A DNA stretch of 62,680 nucleotides, from assembly GCA_002245135.1 (NCBI GenBank), contig NGBS01000033.1, positions 1 through 62,680 of the forward strand. Direction: 5' to 3'. How positions within the stretch are numbered: the first letter of the stretch is position 1; each line of letters starts with the position of its first letter. The notes below the pieces were generated by a model. That model did no database searches, was not told where the DNA came from, and worked only from the letters and a program-made list of their open reading frames with translations. The translations under genes and the position numbers were made by a program. Of this stretch, positions 22,601 to 36,958 are shown one piece after another. The stretch comes from Proteromonas lacertae. Lineage: Eukaryota.

Positions 22601-24524
22601 TATTATTAAATATGAAACTGCTCCTGCATCAGCTGATGCATATAAATGTATTTTAACAGAGAAATATAATGACATTTCATATTTAGCAACAAATCCAGTA
22701 TCAGGTTCTGCAACTAATACATTAATATTGAAAGGAGCTAATCGACCATTGAAAGAATTAGGTAATGTATATTCAAAAGTACAAATAGCATGTCACATTG
22801 ATGATAAAACTGAGATTATTGTTTATAATGCTACTACTACAGGTGCTGAAAGTGCAGAAGACATAACAATCACAATTGATAATCAAAAAGAAAACGTTAA
22901 AACAAATGTTGTTGGTAGTACTGTATGCCATATATTAACAGATAATAAAGGTAATAAAATAGAATTATCAAAAAGTAATTTAAGAATCAATCATTTATTA
23001 CCAACAGGTGAGAGAATAGAATATTCATATTCTACAACAGAAGTAACTCCAACACCAAATCCAAAACCATCGCAAGTTCCATCTGAAGAAGTAAAGATTA
23101 GTGGAAATTTAGGTGAATTAGGTGGAAAAGTAGAATGTTTTGATTCGACAGGTAAATCGTTAGGAACAGCCACAGTATATAAAATGAATGGAAAAGATGA
23201 AGTTCATGTTGTATATGATTTTACACCAAAAGAAGAAGATATAAAAGATATCAGAATGAATGTAGTAAGTAAGGTGAATGATTTATCTTCAATCAGTATA
23301 GATGCTCCATCATCTGATGGTTGTTATTCTACAAATGGTGTATTAACTTGTCCATTAATGTTAGATGGATTTAAATCAATATTAGAGAGTTATGGATTTT
23401 ATTCTGATATAAAATTACGAAGTTTAGGAATAAATGATATATATGATGTTCAATGTAAAAAGAATGATAAAAGTGGTATTTATCATACAGTAAAATATAA
23501 AATGTCTCCTGATGCTGCCTTAGATGATTTAGATTCAGTATTATTTGAAATTGATCAATCAAATAAAGAAGAAGATTTACCTGTAGATGAAGAATGTAAT
23601 TTATTAGCAAAACCAAGTGGAGATAAAATAGATGATATTACTAAAAGTGATTTTAGTGGTAAAGTGAATATTAATGCAAATGGAACAATAACTGCAAAAG
23701 GATCAGATGTAGATGAAAGTAAAGGATGTGAAATTAAAACAAATGAAAAAGGAGTTGTTTCAATGGAATATAATGCTAATTATGCTCAAACTTTTAATAA
23801 TCAAACTTTCATGATAATACCAGAAGAAGATTTTAATAAATATCCAGAATATTTTATGGTTGGAAAATGGATGAAAATTGGTGAAGGTTGTCAAGTTCAA
23901 ATTATTAAAGTATTGAAAGGTGAAGTGAAATATCCTGCAACTAGAAGAAGAATATTATCTCTATCATATACAGGAAAGAAAATAATATTTAATAAACCAT
24001 TAACATTTTCAACAAGTGGATTATTTACTGGAGGAGGTATTTCATTTGATACAAGTGGATATAATTTACATATTGAATTAGAATGTAGTGGTAATGGTGA
24101 ATGTGATAGAACAAATGGTTTATGTAAATGTTTTGATGGTTATACTGGAGATGCTTGTCAAAGAATTGATTGTCCAAATAATTGTAATGGAAATGGTCGA
24201 TGTGTTGCTTTGAATGAATTATTATCAAATGAAGATTTAATTGGATATGAAGGATTTGGAAATAAATATGAAAGTGATGGTAAAGTAGTATCTGATGATC
24301 AAATCTATGGTTGTTTATGTGATAAAAGACATCGTGGATATGATTGTAGTTTAATCGAATGTCCATCTGGAGAAGATCCTGAAGAAGCAACAAATGGAGC
24401 AGCAGGAAGTGAAGAATATCGAGATTGTAGTGGAAGAGGTATTTGTAACTACAATACAGGTGTTTGTGAATGTTTTGATGGATTTAGTGGAGAAGGATGT
24501 CAAACTCAAGTTGCAATGATGTAA
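19653..24524 (+). CDS. Secreted tubular-mastigoneme family (Sig1/Ocm1-like) EGF protein with large repeat insert; one frameshift at ~20320
   Basis: Signal peptide, N-terminal EGF CPNNCNGHGKC..GSDCSLYACP (intron 19810-19843), and C-terminal EGF triplet ECSGNGECDRTNGLCKCFDGYTGDACQR..CPSGEDP..RDCSGRGICNYNTGVCECF..CQTQ. Confidence 0.75.
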
Positions 24525-24675
24525 TGATATTTTATTACATTCATTTCATTCTTATTATATTGATTATATTCATTCTATATAGATATTGATGTTTTTTGTT
24601 TTGTTAAAATACAAAAACAATTCATATAATAAACAAAGAAATATTAAATAAATAAAAGAATAAAATTCTTAACGA

Positions 24676-26324
24676 CTATGATGGAGAAACTTCAGGAATT
24701 GGTGTTGCATCATATTCTAATGGTAATATTTGATTTTGTTTTATTATTACATTATTATTATACTGTTGCTGTTGTTGTTCTTCACTATTATCATTATTAT
24801 TATTGTTATTGGTTTTACCATTACTAATCTGAACATTTAAAAGAGGAGGAAGTGTTTTAGGTGGAGGATGTAAAGGAGGAGGAAAAGATGATAATTGTTG
24901 ATTAGTTGGACTAGCGACATTTAACTTATTATTATAATTATTATTATGAGATGAAGGAGAAAAAGGAGCTAAAACTGATGAATCGAAATTCGAGTAATTA
25001 TTGATAGTAGTATAATTACTACTATATACAGTAGAATTCACATCTCCATTATAACTAGAAGGATCTAAAGCAATAGTTGAACCAAGTCTACTACCATTAT
25101 TATTATTATTATTACAATTATTTGTAATTGTACTATTAATATTCAACGATGAATGATGGTATTTGTGATTACAATAATTTCTATTATCAACTACTGAAGA
25201 GGCAGCTGCTCTGGATGTATGTAATGGCACACTAAGTTTAAATCCACTACAGGTGTTATAGATGGGTGTATATTGAGGTGTTTTCTTTGCCATATTTGCT
25301 CTTATTCCTTGAGTTTCACCTGTATAGATTAATTTGGTTATCATTGGTGTTGATCGTCTTTCTGTGGATAAAAATAATCTTTTACCTTTCATTTTCTTGG
25401 CTATGTCAATTATTTCTTCATCAGTTACACCATGATAGTCATATGACAGTGGATGAGGCTTACTACAGAGAATGGACTCTATTTTATTGGTACATGATAG
25501 TTTTGGTAATTGTCCATCATGATCTAATTGATAAGTGGCTATCATAGCGTAATTCTTAATTTTGAATTTAATTGAGTCATAAAGGGAGGTTGTGTAAATA
25601 TGTTGTTGTATTGCTCGATATATACTGTGTAGAGCTGTGTAATACTTCTGGGACTTGATTATTCTCATTAGATTCTCATAATCTAACGGGAGTTCAGTGG
25701 ATCTATGTTTAGAGTGAATATAACTATCATATACATTTTATAGAAATTATAAAGTGAAATTAAATCACTCTTTGAATAACTGGGATCGTGTATTAGGTTA
25801 ATTAATTTCAACGCAACATTAAAATCGATGAAATGCAAATTTCGTACTTCTGTCATTGCTAATATGACTATTCATAATAAATATAAATATAAAATTGTGT
25901 TTCATATATACATCTGGACATAATACGAAAAGGAAGCAAGCAAAAACATGTAACGAATTGGAAATATTCATTATATGTGATAATATCATCTTTGGGCTTT
26001 TCAGAGTAATTCAAAACATCTAAAACAGAAAAAAAAGAGTGAATTTTGAAGTATACGTATTGAATAAAAAATTTCTGTTAATAGCGGTGAGGAAGGCAGT
26101 TCTAATACTCTTAATATCTGTGTTTTATAACATCTACCATCATTTCTAGAAATTGAAATAATAATTGCCACTCATAATACCTTTTGGAACACTCCACAAA
26201 AATCCTACTAACATATTTTATCTCCCATCTATTAACTAAAAATGAGTTGTATTTTGATACACAAACAGTAAGAAGCAAATGCTTTTGAGTAATCGTTTAG
26301 GTCTTCCAAAATTATTTTCTTCAT
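24676..26324 (-). CDS. Uncharacterised multi-exon protein with Asn/Ser/Pro-rich tail
   Basis: 330-aa terminal ORF plus upstream exons separated by short introns. Start uncertain. Confidence 0.45.
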
Positions 26325-26417
26325 TCTGTTACACTTCTATTGTCATGTCTTTTAATAAATAAAAAAACCACTTCAAATATTTGTCAAGCTTTTATATTTT
26401 CAAATTTTTGACTTTTC

Positions 26418-26960
26418 ATGAGAACAAGGTATTTAGTAGTATTTTTAATATTCTAGATATACACGAGTGCCACTGTCTGATCTAGATGAAGAATATGATC
26501 CAAATCAAGAAACATATGGTATTTACTTCTATTCAATTTAATTGCAATATTTAGATAATTCCTTTACTAATAGATGGTTATTGCATATTGGAGAAGGGAA
26601 ATTAATGTTTTGCTCAATTATTTCAACTTTTGGATTTTTATTTCTATTTATATGTTCTATTTTCATGTATGATGAGTCACCATATTTGATGCTTGGAAAA
26701 GATCTCAAAAGTAAAGACTATGAGGAAATAGGCAATTCAACTAGAATAGCTTCTTATATGTATTATTTTAGAATTTATTTTGTTTAAATAGATATTTAGT
26801 ATGTGTAATTCTATCAGCAACTCAGATTTATCTACAAAGAAGAGTGATTTTAACTCCTCCAAGGTATTTTTTATTCCGTTAATAGATATATAATAGATTG
26901 CAAACATGTTTAGAAACTACACACATAGTAGAACCTCAAGAACCTCCAAAGAAAGATTAG
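26418..26960 (+). CDS. Small two-TM protein, RNaseK/V-ATPase subunit f-like, multi-exon
   Basis: CSIISTFGFLFLFICSIF..DYEEIGNSTRIASYIYLVCVILSATQ after splicing. Confidence 0.5.
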
Positions 26961-27112
26961 AATCTCAAAACTAGAGTATTTGTATTGCATGACCATATTA
27001 TTTATCATTTTTCCTATAAGTTAGATAATATTAATTCATTTTTTAGAATTTTGTGTTAGTGAATGAAAAAAAATTTAAAGTTTTTGAGATTTAATTTTTT
27101 TTTATTTTTTTA

Positions 27113-28234
27113 ATGTCTGACAATGAAAGTGATAGTAAAAATGTATTAATTCTATTATTGTTCATATAATATTGCTATTAGGCAAGCAGTGAGCCTGAAG
27201 TGGATGAAGATAAGCCAATCAAGCGTAAGAGCAAGAACAACAGTCAATTAAAGAGAATTGCAGTATCATGCATTATGTAATTGTTTTATATAGATGTCAG
27301 ATGATGAAGAGGAGGAGGAAGAAGAAATTGAAGAAGAAGAGTCTAAAGATGCCGAAGAAGTATTTCAATATTGTATATCAATTACTAGAAATCTGCAGAT
27401 GAGGAAGAACCCGAAGCAGAGGAAGAGGAAGCAAATGAAGAAGAAGAAGAAGAAGAATCTGAGGATGAAGTTATAGTATGAATATAATGTTACTATTCAA
27501 TTTAATAGATCAAAAAATCTGTTAAGAAACCGTCTGCATCCACAAAATCTAGTAAATCAAATAATCAGAAGGAAGTAAAAGAAGAGAAGCCAGCAGAAGT
27601 AGAGGAAGAAGAAGATGATGATGATGAAGATGAAATAATAAAAGTAAAAGTTACACCCCAAAAGCGAAAAAGACAATCCAACAAAGCATCAAGTCAATCA
27701 ACACCATCTAAACGTCAAAATAAAGAGAATTCAAGTAGTGGATCAGGTAAAGTGTTACTCAATTTAAAGGATCATTATGAAAATCAAATAGGAAGATACA
27801 AGCTTGATAAAGAACTTTCATTAAAACCACAATTAGTGAAAAGGTTATTAATTAGATGGGGATATGTGATGAACTGGCCAGATCAGATAGAGGCAGAACG
27901 TTGTCCTGAGAATTATATAAGTATTGAAGGATATCCTGGAATTTTCATTGGTGTAAAAGATGAAGCACTTGGTGATATAATGGATAGAAGAGATAAAACA
28001 AATATACCATCCTTTGATAATTTAATGAAGAAAGACACGAAAGAGTTGTATAATTTGTTAATTTTGGCAATCGAGAATGAAATTGAGGAATTAAAGAAGG
28101 AAGAAGGTGAAGAAGCTGTTACAATGAATATTTTGAAAAGGGAATTGAAAGAATTTAAAGAAAATTTTGATATAAAAAGAGCAGAAAGTGAATATAAATT
28201 ATCACTTGAAAAGAAAGTAGTAAGTAAAAAATAA
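27113..28234 (+). CDS. Acidic/basic low-complexity protein with a globular C-terminal domain, multi-exon
   Basis: Glu-rich exons with ~30-nt introns. C-terminus LLIRWGYVMNWP..EGYPGIFIG..PSFDNL. Confidence 0.65.
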
Positions 28235-28322
28235 GAAAATAAAAAATAGTATATATTTTTGTTTTATTATTATTGCTATAAGATTAGAAAGAATTAGAAA
28301 CAAAAAATATTAAAAAAAAACA

Positions 28323-30381
28323 TTACAAACCATAAGTTGCTAATCTTCCCTTAGGAATCATTGTCTTCTTCTTCTTCTTCTGTTTTTTCTTATCTTCACT
28401 ATCACCATCTCTAATATTATCATGCTTTCTCTTCTTCTTTTTCTTCGATACTTCATTCATTACACTCACAGGTACTTCTACTAAATTTCCATCTTCATCT
28501 AGTTTATAACCTTCTTTCTCTAATCTTTCCTTCAATTGTTGTCTGAATTCTCTTCTTTTCTTACTATTAATTCTTGCATTCTTCTCTCTATAAGGTGCTA
28601 TTTTCTTAATTGACATATATTGTTTCAATTCTTTATCACTTGCTAATAATAATTCATTCGTTGATATTCCTGGATCGAGTGGTTGTACTTTATGATATTT
28701 AAATCTAGTATGTAAATCACCTATTGAATCTTCATAGTCTAATCCATATAATTCATCTAATAATTTCTCTTTTTCTTTCTTTAATTCTTCTTCAGTCATT
28801 GTAGGTGGTGGTGCTTCAACTGAATAACCATCATCTTCTACTTCAATTTCTTCTTCTTTTTCTTCTTCACCACTTTTTTTATTCTTTTTATTTTTCTTCT
28901 TCTTCTTCTTTTTCTTACTATCTTCATCATCATCATCATCTTCAATTATTTCAGGTTCTGGTGCATAATCACCTTCTTCATTTTCACCTTCTAATAATAA
29001 TTCTTTTTCATTATCACTCAATAAATCATCAATATCTGGCTTAGTTTCATCATCAACTGTGTTATAATAATCATTATTAAATATTTCATTCATTCTTTTA
29101 TCATATTCTTCAGGATTAAAATCACCATCAATATCCTTTTCTGTAAATGTTTTTACATCATCTTTACCATTAACATTTGTTGAAGGTAATTTACCTGCCA
29201 TTATTTCTAATTCTCTTATTTTATTGGCTATTTCTTGTCTTTTTAAATTCTTTAATCTTTTCAATTCTTCCTCTTTTCTTTTTCTTTCATTATATTCTCG
29301 TTCTTTCTTCAATTCTCTTTCCTTCTTTCTTTTATCTTTTTTTCTACGTAATGAACCTTCAATATTTCTTGCATAAGATACTATCTTATCACCTCCTTCT
29401 TCATTGAAACGGTAATTATTATAATATAATTCATAACGGTCATTTTGATCATCAAATTCTTCTTCTTCTTCTTCTCCTTCATTATTAATAGTCTCATTTT
29501 CTTCATTTGAATTATTTGATTTCTGTTTGTCTGATTTAAATTTTGTAAAATTATCCGTTTCATCTTCACTGTTATTATCCAATCTCCATTCTCTCTTCTT
29601 TATATAATCGTGTAGAAATTTGTCATATTCATCTTCTGGATTTTCATTTATATATTTCTTGATTAATTCTTTATCTTTGATATTCGATTTTTCTATATAT
29701 TTTTCAAATTCTTTTTCATCATCTTCTTCTTCATCACTATCTGAATCACCATTATTATTATTATTTACCTTTTTCCCTTTTTTCTTCTTTTTCACTAATA
29801 ATAAATCATTCTCTTCATTCTCATCATTTTCATTTGCAGCTTTTAAAAAGTCATTCTTTAATTCATCTTGTTCTTCTTGGTATGTTTTAATTTGTTCTTT
29901 TTTATCATTATCATCATCACTACTGCTTATTTCACCACCATCATCATCATTCTCTTCTTTTTCTATTTTCTGCAAGATTTGCTCTCTCACAATATCTTTT
30001 ATTTTCTTTGGTTTGTGCTTCTTTTCTTTGTTGTCCTTATTATTATTATTATCTTCATCTTCTTCATCTGACGAGGATGAATAGAATTTTGTGTTTTTAT
30101 CATATATACGTGGATCTTTTTGTCTGATCATTTCTAAAGTTCTTAGAATTTCACTTTCTTTGTGAAAAGTCAAGGCATCACCTTCATCTTCAGATTCTGA
30201 TGTTGATTCATCCAATATATCAATCCCTTGATCTTCTAATCGTTTTAGCTCTTGCTTTTCTTTTCTGGCTGTATATCTAATAAATAATAATGTTATTTCT
30301 ATACTCTTTTTCATAATCTTTGTTTATTGTCAATCTATTTTCTGCTTCAGATTCACTAGAAGAGTTATCTAACCAGCTCAT
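28323..30381 (-). CDS. KRI1: KRI1 40S biogenesis factor (2 exons)
   Basis: LTINKDYE, IRQKDPRIYD, YRFNEEGG..SYARNIEGSLRRK, LDYEDSIGDLHTRFKY, LKQYMSIKKIAPYR. Confidence 0.92.
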
Positions 30382-30520
30382 ATCGTTCAATAACTATTTG
30401 ATAATTAACTTAACGAGAAAAATGAAAAATGAAAAAATTCAGGGGCAATGAAAATTTAAATTCCAAACACCTATCTTTTTTGTTAAACCCAATTTAATCT
30501 AAATCAAAAAGAAAAGAAAA

Positions 30521-31774
30521 ATGTCACAACCAGCTGAACAAATCAGTATATTATATGTTATCAATGAATTTTAGATCATTATGAAGGTACAAAAAGAGCT
30601 ATATTTAATGAAGAAGATTTAAAGAATTTCTGGGCTTCTCAAGCATATAAAGATTTAACAGAGTTTATAGCAGCACTTGGAGAGTCTGTTATTGGAAAAG
30701 CCAATGATTTTGAATGTCCACCTTCTCCAATAGTAGAAAAAATACTAAATATGTTAGAGACAATGGATGGATGGATAAAAGATATACCACCAATTCAACA
30801 ACCAATGCGTTATGGTAATAAAGCCTATAGAATCTGGAATGATCGTTTAGTTAATGTATATTTCAAATTAGTAATATTTATTTATCTAATAGAACAGTGA
30901 AGCATTATGTCGTGATTTATTACCAGATGATAAAAATGATTTAGCATTAGAATTAAGTTCATATTTAAATGATTCTTTTGGAAATCAAACCAGAATCGAT
31001 TACGGAACAGGTCATGAATGTACATTTATCTTATGGTTATGTTGTTTACATCTCATCAATGTAATAGACAAATCTGATTACATTAATGTGGTAATAAAAA
31101 TATTTGTACGATATATAAAACTCTGTAGAAATTTACAAACAACTTATTGGTTAGAACCTGCTGGTAGTCATGGAGTATGGTCGTTAGACGACTACCAAAT
31201 GTTAGTATTTTATTTTGGTGCAGCACAATTAGTTGGTCATAAACATATAAAACCAAAATCCATTGATAATAGCGACATATTGATGGGATTTAGTGAGAAA
31301 TATTTATATTTAGCTGCTATCTCATTTATTCGTAAAGTTAAAACAGGAGAATTGTATGAGAATAGTCCCATTTTGTACAATGTAAGTGGTGTGCCAAAAT
31401 GGGAAAAAGTAATGAGTGGAATGTATAAAATGTTTATTGAAGAAGTATTACATAAATTCCCAGTCATTCAACATTTTAGATTTGGAACTATCTTTAAATG
31501 TGAATGGACACCGAGTGAAGATCCAACTACAAAGGAATATGGAAGAGTTGCTCCACCTACAGAAGCAGAAATTAAAGGAGAGATTAGTAATGATGGCAGT
31601 AGTAAAACAACTAATATTAAATTACCACCTGTTACTCATAAACCAAATGCTGTAATAGTTGCTGAGAAAGAAAAAGAAGAAGAAGAGAGAAAAAAGAAAG
31701 AATTAGAGGAAAAGAATGCTAAAAAGGAGGAGGAAAAGAAGAAAGAAGAAGATAAAGATGAAAGTAATAAATAA
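30521..31774 (+). CDS. PTPA: PP2A phosphotyrosyl phosphatase activator (3 exons)
   Basis: RYGNKAYR, SFGNQTRIDYGTGHE, YWLEPAGSHGVWSLDDY, EVLHKFPVIQHF. Confidence 0.95.
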
Positions 31775-31848
31775 AAAGTAAAAAATAAATATTTAGTAAT
31801 AAAATGATTAAAAAAAATGAAAAACGAATAATTAAATATTTTCTATTC

Positions 31849-32466
31849 TTAATGTGTTTGTTCTTCATCTTCATCTTCTTCTTTTGTATTAGTTGATGGT
31901 GGTGTTTGTGCAGGTATTGCTGCATCTTCACCTTCTGGACTTGTATATTGAACTTCATTCTCAACTGGAGCTGCTGATTGATGGCTTAAAACAATGGTGA
32001 TTATATTTTCATCTTTTGTTTGAAATGCTTGATCTAAGGCAGATTTTCCAAAATCATTCTTCTCTAGTACATCTATATCTACTTGTTTATCCAATAATTC
32101 TTTTATCACTTCAACATGTTTATTCAAAATTGCCCAATCTATATTAACAATATATCTAATCTATATATACGTAAAGGTGTATTTCCATTGTGATTTTTCA
32201 TTGCTCTAGCACCTCGTGATTGCAATATTCTCACTATATCTCTATGAAAAGCATAAATTCATAGACATTATACGCAAAACCATTTGCACATGCCATATGC
32301 AATGCAGTATTACCATCACTTGGATCTACATAATTCACATCACTTCCTTTATCAAGTAATCTACAAACTTCTTTCAAATCACCTTCTCTACCTACAAATA
32401 AATTAATTTTAACGTGATTATACATGCATCTAAAAATTCTTCATATTCTTCATCTCCTTCAGCCAT
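31849..32466 (-). CDS. Small ankyrin-repeat protein (YAR1-like), 4 exons
   Basis: EFLDACREGDL, GNTALHMACANG, GNTPL, NDFGKSALDQA, acidic tail. Confidence 0.8.
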
Positions 32467-32669
32467 TAGGAATGATATTTCAAATTTAAAATGAACAAAT
32501 TATACTTGACCCGACTGACAACCCGAACCTTGCTAAACAACCAAAAGCTGGTTTTTGAAACGTAAAGTGATTGAAACTTGACAAGTTTGACTTATATTTC
32601 AATAGTAATTTTTCAATTTTATAACTATACTTACATTTGTAATCCCATTCACTTGTTTAAGTAATTAAA

Positions 32670-33245
32670 ATGAAGAAAATACTCACATCTGATACAGTTG
32701 AAATTCCAGAAGGTGTTACTGTAGAAGTAAAACACCGTATTGTAACTGTAAAAGGACCAAAAGGTGAACCTTTAGTCAGAAGTTTTAGACATCAATATGT
32801 TGATTTCCAATTAGTTAATCCACATTTATTGAAAGTAGAATTATGGTTTGGTTCAACAAAACAAGCTGCTGTAATCAGAACAATCTGCACCACCATCAAG
32901 AATTTAATCATTGGTGTAACTCAAGGTTACAGATACAAGATGAGATTAGTATATGCTCACTTTCCCATCAACATTACCCTTGATGAAAAGAATGGAAAGT
33001 GGATTGAAATCCGTAACTTTTTAGGTGAAAAGAAATTACGTAGAATTGAAGCATTACCAGGTGTTAAAATCACAAAGAGTGATGATGTAAAAGATCAAAT
33101 TGAATTAGAAGGAAACGATGTAAACAACGTTTCATTAACAGCTGCTTTAATCCAACAAATCTGTCATGTACGTCATAAGGATATCCGTAAGTTCTTGGAT
33201 GGTATTTACGTCAGTGAAGGTAAAGCTATTGATTTACCAATGTAA
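32670..33245 (+). CDS. RPL9: 60S ribosomal protein L9 (uL6)
   Basis: GYRYKMRLVYAHFPIN, IRNFLGEK, KDIRKFLDGIYVS. Confidence 0.98.
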   Translation: MKKILTSDTVEIPEGVTVEVKHRIVTVKGPKGEPLVRSFRHQYVDFQLVNPHLLKVELWFGSTKQAAVIRTICTTIKNLIIGVTQGYRYKMRLVYAHFPINITLDEKNGKWIEIRNFLGEKKLRRIEALPGVKITKSDDVKDQIELEGNDVNNVSLTAALIQQICHVRHKDIRKFLDGIYVSEGKAIDLPM

Positions 33246-33357
33246 GTTTGTTTTTAATAATCTATATACAGTGGATGGATACAAAATTTTTGTTATTTAT
33301 TTTTTGGGGAATAATAAATGAAATAAAAACATAATTTTACATAATTTAATATATATT

Positions 33358-36300
33358 CTAAAGTAATTTTGTATTTATCAGATGAATATTGTTATAAAAT
33401 CTCATCAATGCATGAGATAAATAGAAATGATCCATTATATCATACAATTTCTTCTTTTCTTTTCTAATTAACACATATTTCCTCCAATTATTCATCATCT
33501 TCTTTGCTAGTTGAAAATAATAGAAATGATTAACTTGTTTGTTCTTTCTATTCAATAATAGCGAATGAATAGAAGATAATAATTGTTTATGAATGAAATA
33601 ATCATCTGATCTTTGTAATACAATTTTATATTCATTTCTTTCTTTTATATAATCCTTCCACTTTGATATGTATGTTTTAAATTTCTTATTGTTATAGAAA
33701 TCATCCATTTCTTTTCCTATTTCTTTGTTTAATTTACTATTTATTGAGTATAATGATAGTTTATTAATTGATTTCTTCAGTTGTTTCTTTCTATAAAAAT
33801 TATCACTCTTTTCATAATAATTTTCATACTTTTCTTTTCTATAGTTTTTATATATCAATATCTTATTAAAATATTTAAACTTCAATCTATTAATATAATG
33901 TTTATGAGATAACAGTCGATTATTTTTTCTTGTTTTAACCAACATTTTGAAATGAGTTATTACTCTTTCTTTCAACATTTTATTTCTATATTTTACAATT
34001 TCATTTTTATTGTTTTTTATATTATCTCTCCATATTATAATACTTTTCTTTAACAATTTTTGATTGTAATAATTATTCACAACTTTCATCTTATTATAAT
34101 GTTGTAAAATCATTTTAGTTATGTTATTCCATTTATGTATAACATTTATTAAATGAATATTTCGATATTTAATTCTAAAATACTCAATCAATTTTCTTTG
34201 GTTTTGTTTCTTCTTCATATTAATAAATAACTTATATAATGCATTCTGATAGCAATTTCTAACATATTTCAATTCTATTGTTCTATAATAATCATTCTTA
34301 TTCTTTCTATAATGAAAGTATTTTTTCCAATAATTATAATATTTTTGTATAATATGATTATTATAGTAATGAAATACTTTAATTAGGTTATATTTCTCAA
34401 TTTTCCTTTCAATTACCTTCTCCTTATATAATTCAAATACTTTATATAATAATTTCTTATTATAATGATTAATTGATTTTATTTTCTTCATTTTTGATTC
34501 TATTCTATATTTAACAATAATTTTCCATATATAAAAGCATTTAAACTGTATTTTGAAATTATGAAAATTATCAGCTTTTCTTAACAATATATAACTTCTT
34601 TTATTCTCATAATTAATCTGTTTCCATATATAAAAATACTTATAAAAAATTGCCTGTAAATACCATTTCAATGCCATTTTATTCTTTCTTTTATTCTCTA
34701 CTCTAGTTTTAACTATATTCTTCCATTCTAAAAACCATTTCATTTTTGATATTAATGACATTATATAGACTATTCCTTTCATTTTGTTATATTCTTTAGA
34801 TAATTTATACCAAGCAAGAAAATGAGGTTTTACTATATTATTTAAATAGAAAATATATATCTTTTGATTGAATAATTTCTTTTCTTTTGTATAATTGTAC
34901 CAATGATTAAATATATTAGTCAGCAGATTATGTTTATAGTTGTTATATATATTTAAATATTTGACTTTATATTGTTTTATATATTTTGTTACATTAATCC
35001 ATTGATGAATGAATTCTTTACATATTCTCATTTCACTTTTATGTTTTAATCTTAAGTATTTACCTCTCATTATCTTGTGATTTAATGCATATTTATAAAA
35101 TCCATTAAAACAATGTTTCAATAATATTCTATTGTGTTTTAGTATAATATTATCATATTTCTGTTTCAATATTTTATTCGTTTCATTATCATATTTCCAT
35201 TGATGAAAATAGAATGATTGTAACAATTGTTTATATATTTTTTGTATTGTTAATTTCATAATATATTGTTTCCAATAGTATATGTATGTTTTATATAAAT
35301 ATTTCTGTCTTATTCTAGTTATGGTATGGTTTATAACATATTTATTTTTCCATTGAAAATATTTCGATAGTAATAACAATCGATTAGTTTTTAAGTTGAA
35401 ATATTCCTCCAATTTCTTTAATTTCTTTTGTTTTATATAATACAATTTCCATCTTTTATATATTTTCAATAATATTTGTTTATTGGAATAAAGTAGTGAT
35501 ATTTCAAAGTGTTTCTTTATTGTATTATGATGTTTAAACCATTTATCAACATACTTCTTCTTTAAGTGATAATCCAAATATTTATTCGATTTAATCATCA
35601 TTTTATATTCATTTTTCCATTGCAAATAATAATTTAATAATTTTTTTGTTTCATTTTTATATTTAAATGATTCATAATAGGATTGAAGTTGTTTTATCTT
35701 TTTATTATATTTAAACCAACTGTTTAAATATCTATGTAATATTTTATTATTATTAAACATCACTGCTAATCTCATCTTCAATTTCAATGTATAATATAAA
35801 AACCATTTTTCAAAATAATGTTTATATATTATATAATTATCATTTCTTTTATCATTATCTTCACTTGATTCAATATCAAACTCATTTGTAAATTTGTATG
35901 GGGTAAAAGGACTAACTGATTTTAGATTGTTATAAGTATTTATTATATATGAATTATCACTATAATCACCACTTATATCTGTTTGATTATTTGAATATGG
36001 TGGTAGTGATAGTGATGGTGTATATTCTTGAGGAATAGGAGATGAAAAAGAAGGAGAATTAAGAGAATGATGAAGAGATAATAATGACATTTTTAATTCA
36101 TTATTTTCACTTTTTTCACTTATATATTCATTATCAATCTGTTTAATTGGTTTATTTTCATTTGAATTTACTGATTTTACTGTATTCTTTGATGAATTGG
36201 ATGTAATATTTGAAGAAATTGTTGTTGTTGATGATGATGAAGACGAAGTAGATAATGTTGATTTTATTGATTGATATGTTAGATTATTATCTTCAGGAAT

Positions 36301-36837
36301 AGTTTTAACTTCTTCTTCTTCTAATTTACTCAACTCTTCTTTTTTATTTTCATTTTCTTTATTTTCATCTATATACACGATAGAAGAACAAGATGAAGAA
36401 GGATATCTGCTGATTATTCCAATAGTTTCTCTATTATCTTTCTTTCCCTTTTCATATACACATAATGGATTATTTGGGATATGTTCAGTATAAAGACAAG
36501 GAAATCTAGTTTTTGGATTATGTGTTCTATTCATAACACCAACTGTCTTCCATCTTCTCATTGCTTTGTTCAATAACTCTAGATCAAATAAATCATTGAC
36601 ATTAGTTGTATTTGATGGTTCTTTGATGGATTTATCTTGTGGATTTGTCTTTCTTTGTTGAATGTCTAAAATTGGTTTAAAAACATTAATTTTAGGATAT
36701 TCTGCATAATTTGGATTTACTTCATACTTTTTTAAAGGATTTACAGGGAATGAAGCATGTGGGAAGAATGGATACTATTTTATTATAATTAAAGTACATA
36801 CTTTATCAGATATTTGATTATTATTCCTTTTACTCAT
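33358..36837 (-). CDS. Sfi1-like centrin-binding repeat protein
   Basis: Many periodic F/Y-x-x-W-K/R motifs in a basic helical region. Short 5' exon with ATG at 36837. Confidence 0.7.
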
Positions 36838-36958
36838 GCGTAATACATTTAAAATTTAAATATATAAAAAAGTGATATGAAAATTCTCATAAACCAATTT
36901 ATAAATTCTATTTTGAAAAAATATATTTAAACAATAATAATAAATGCTTTTATTATTT

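Noticed and set aside
28805..30084. Hydrophobic or Ser-rich plus-strand ORFs, and similar antisense ORFs elsewhere
   Set aside because: They are shadows of Glu/Lys/Asp-rich coding sequence on the opposite strand (KRI1 here).
33243..33255. GTTTGTT after the RPL9 stop, resembling the Blastocystis polyadenylation motif
   Set aside because: The stop codon is genomically encoded and I found no gene that needs a poly(A)-created stop. One short motif in AT-rich DNA is insufficient.
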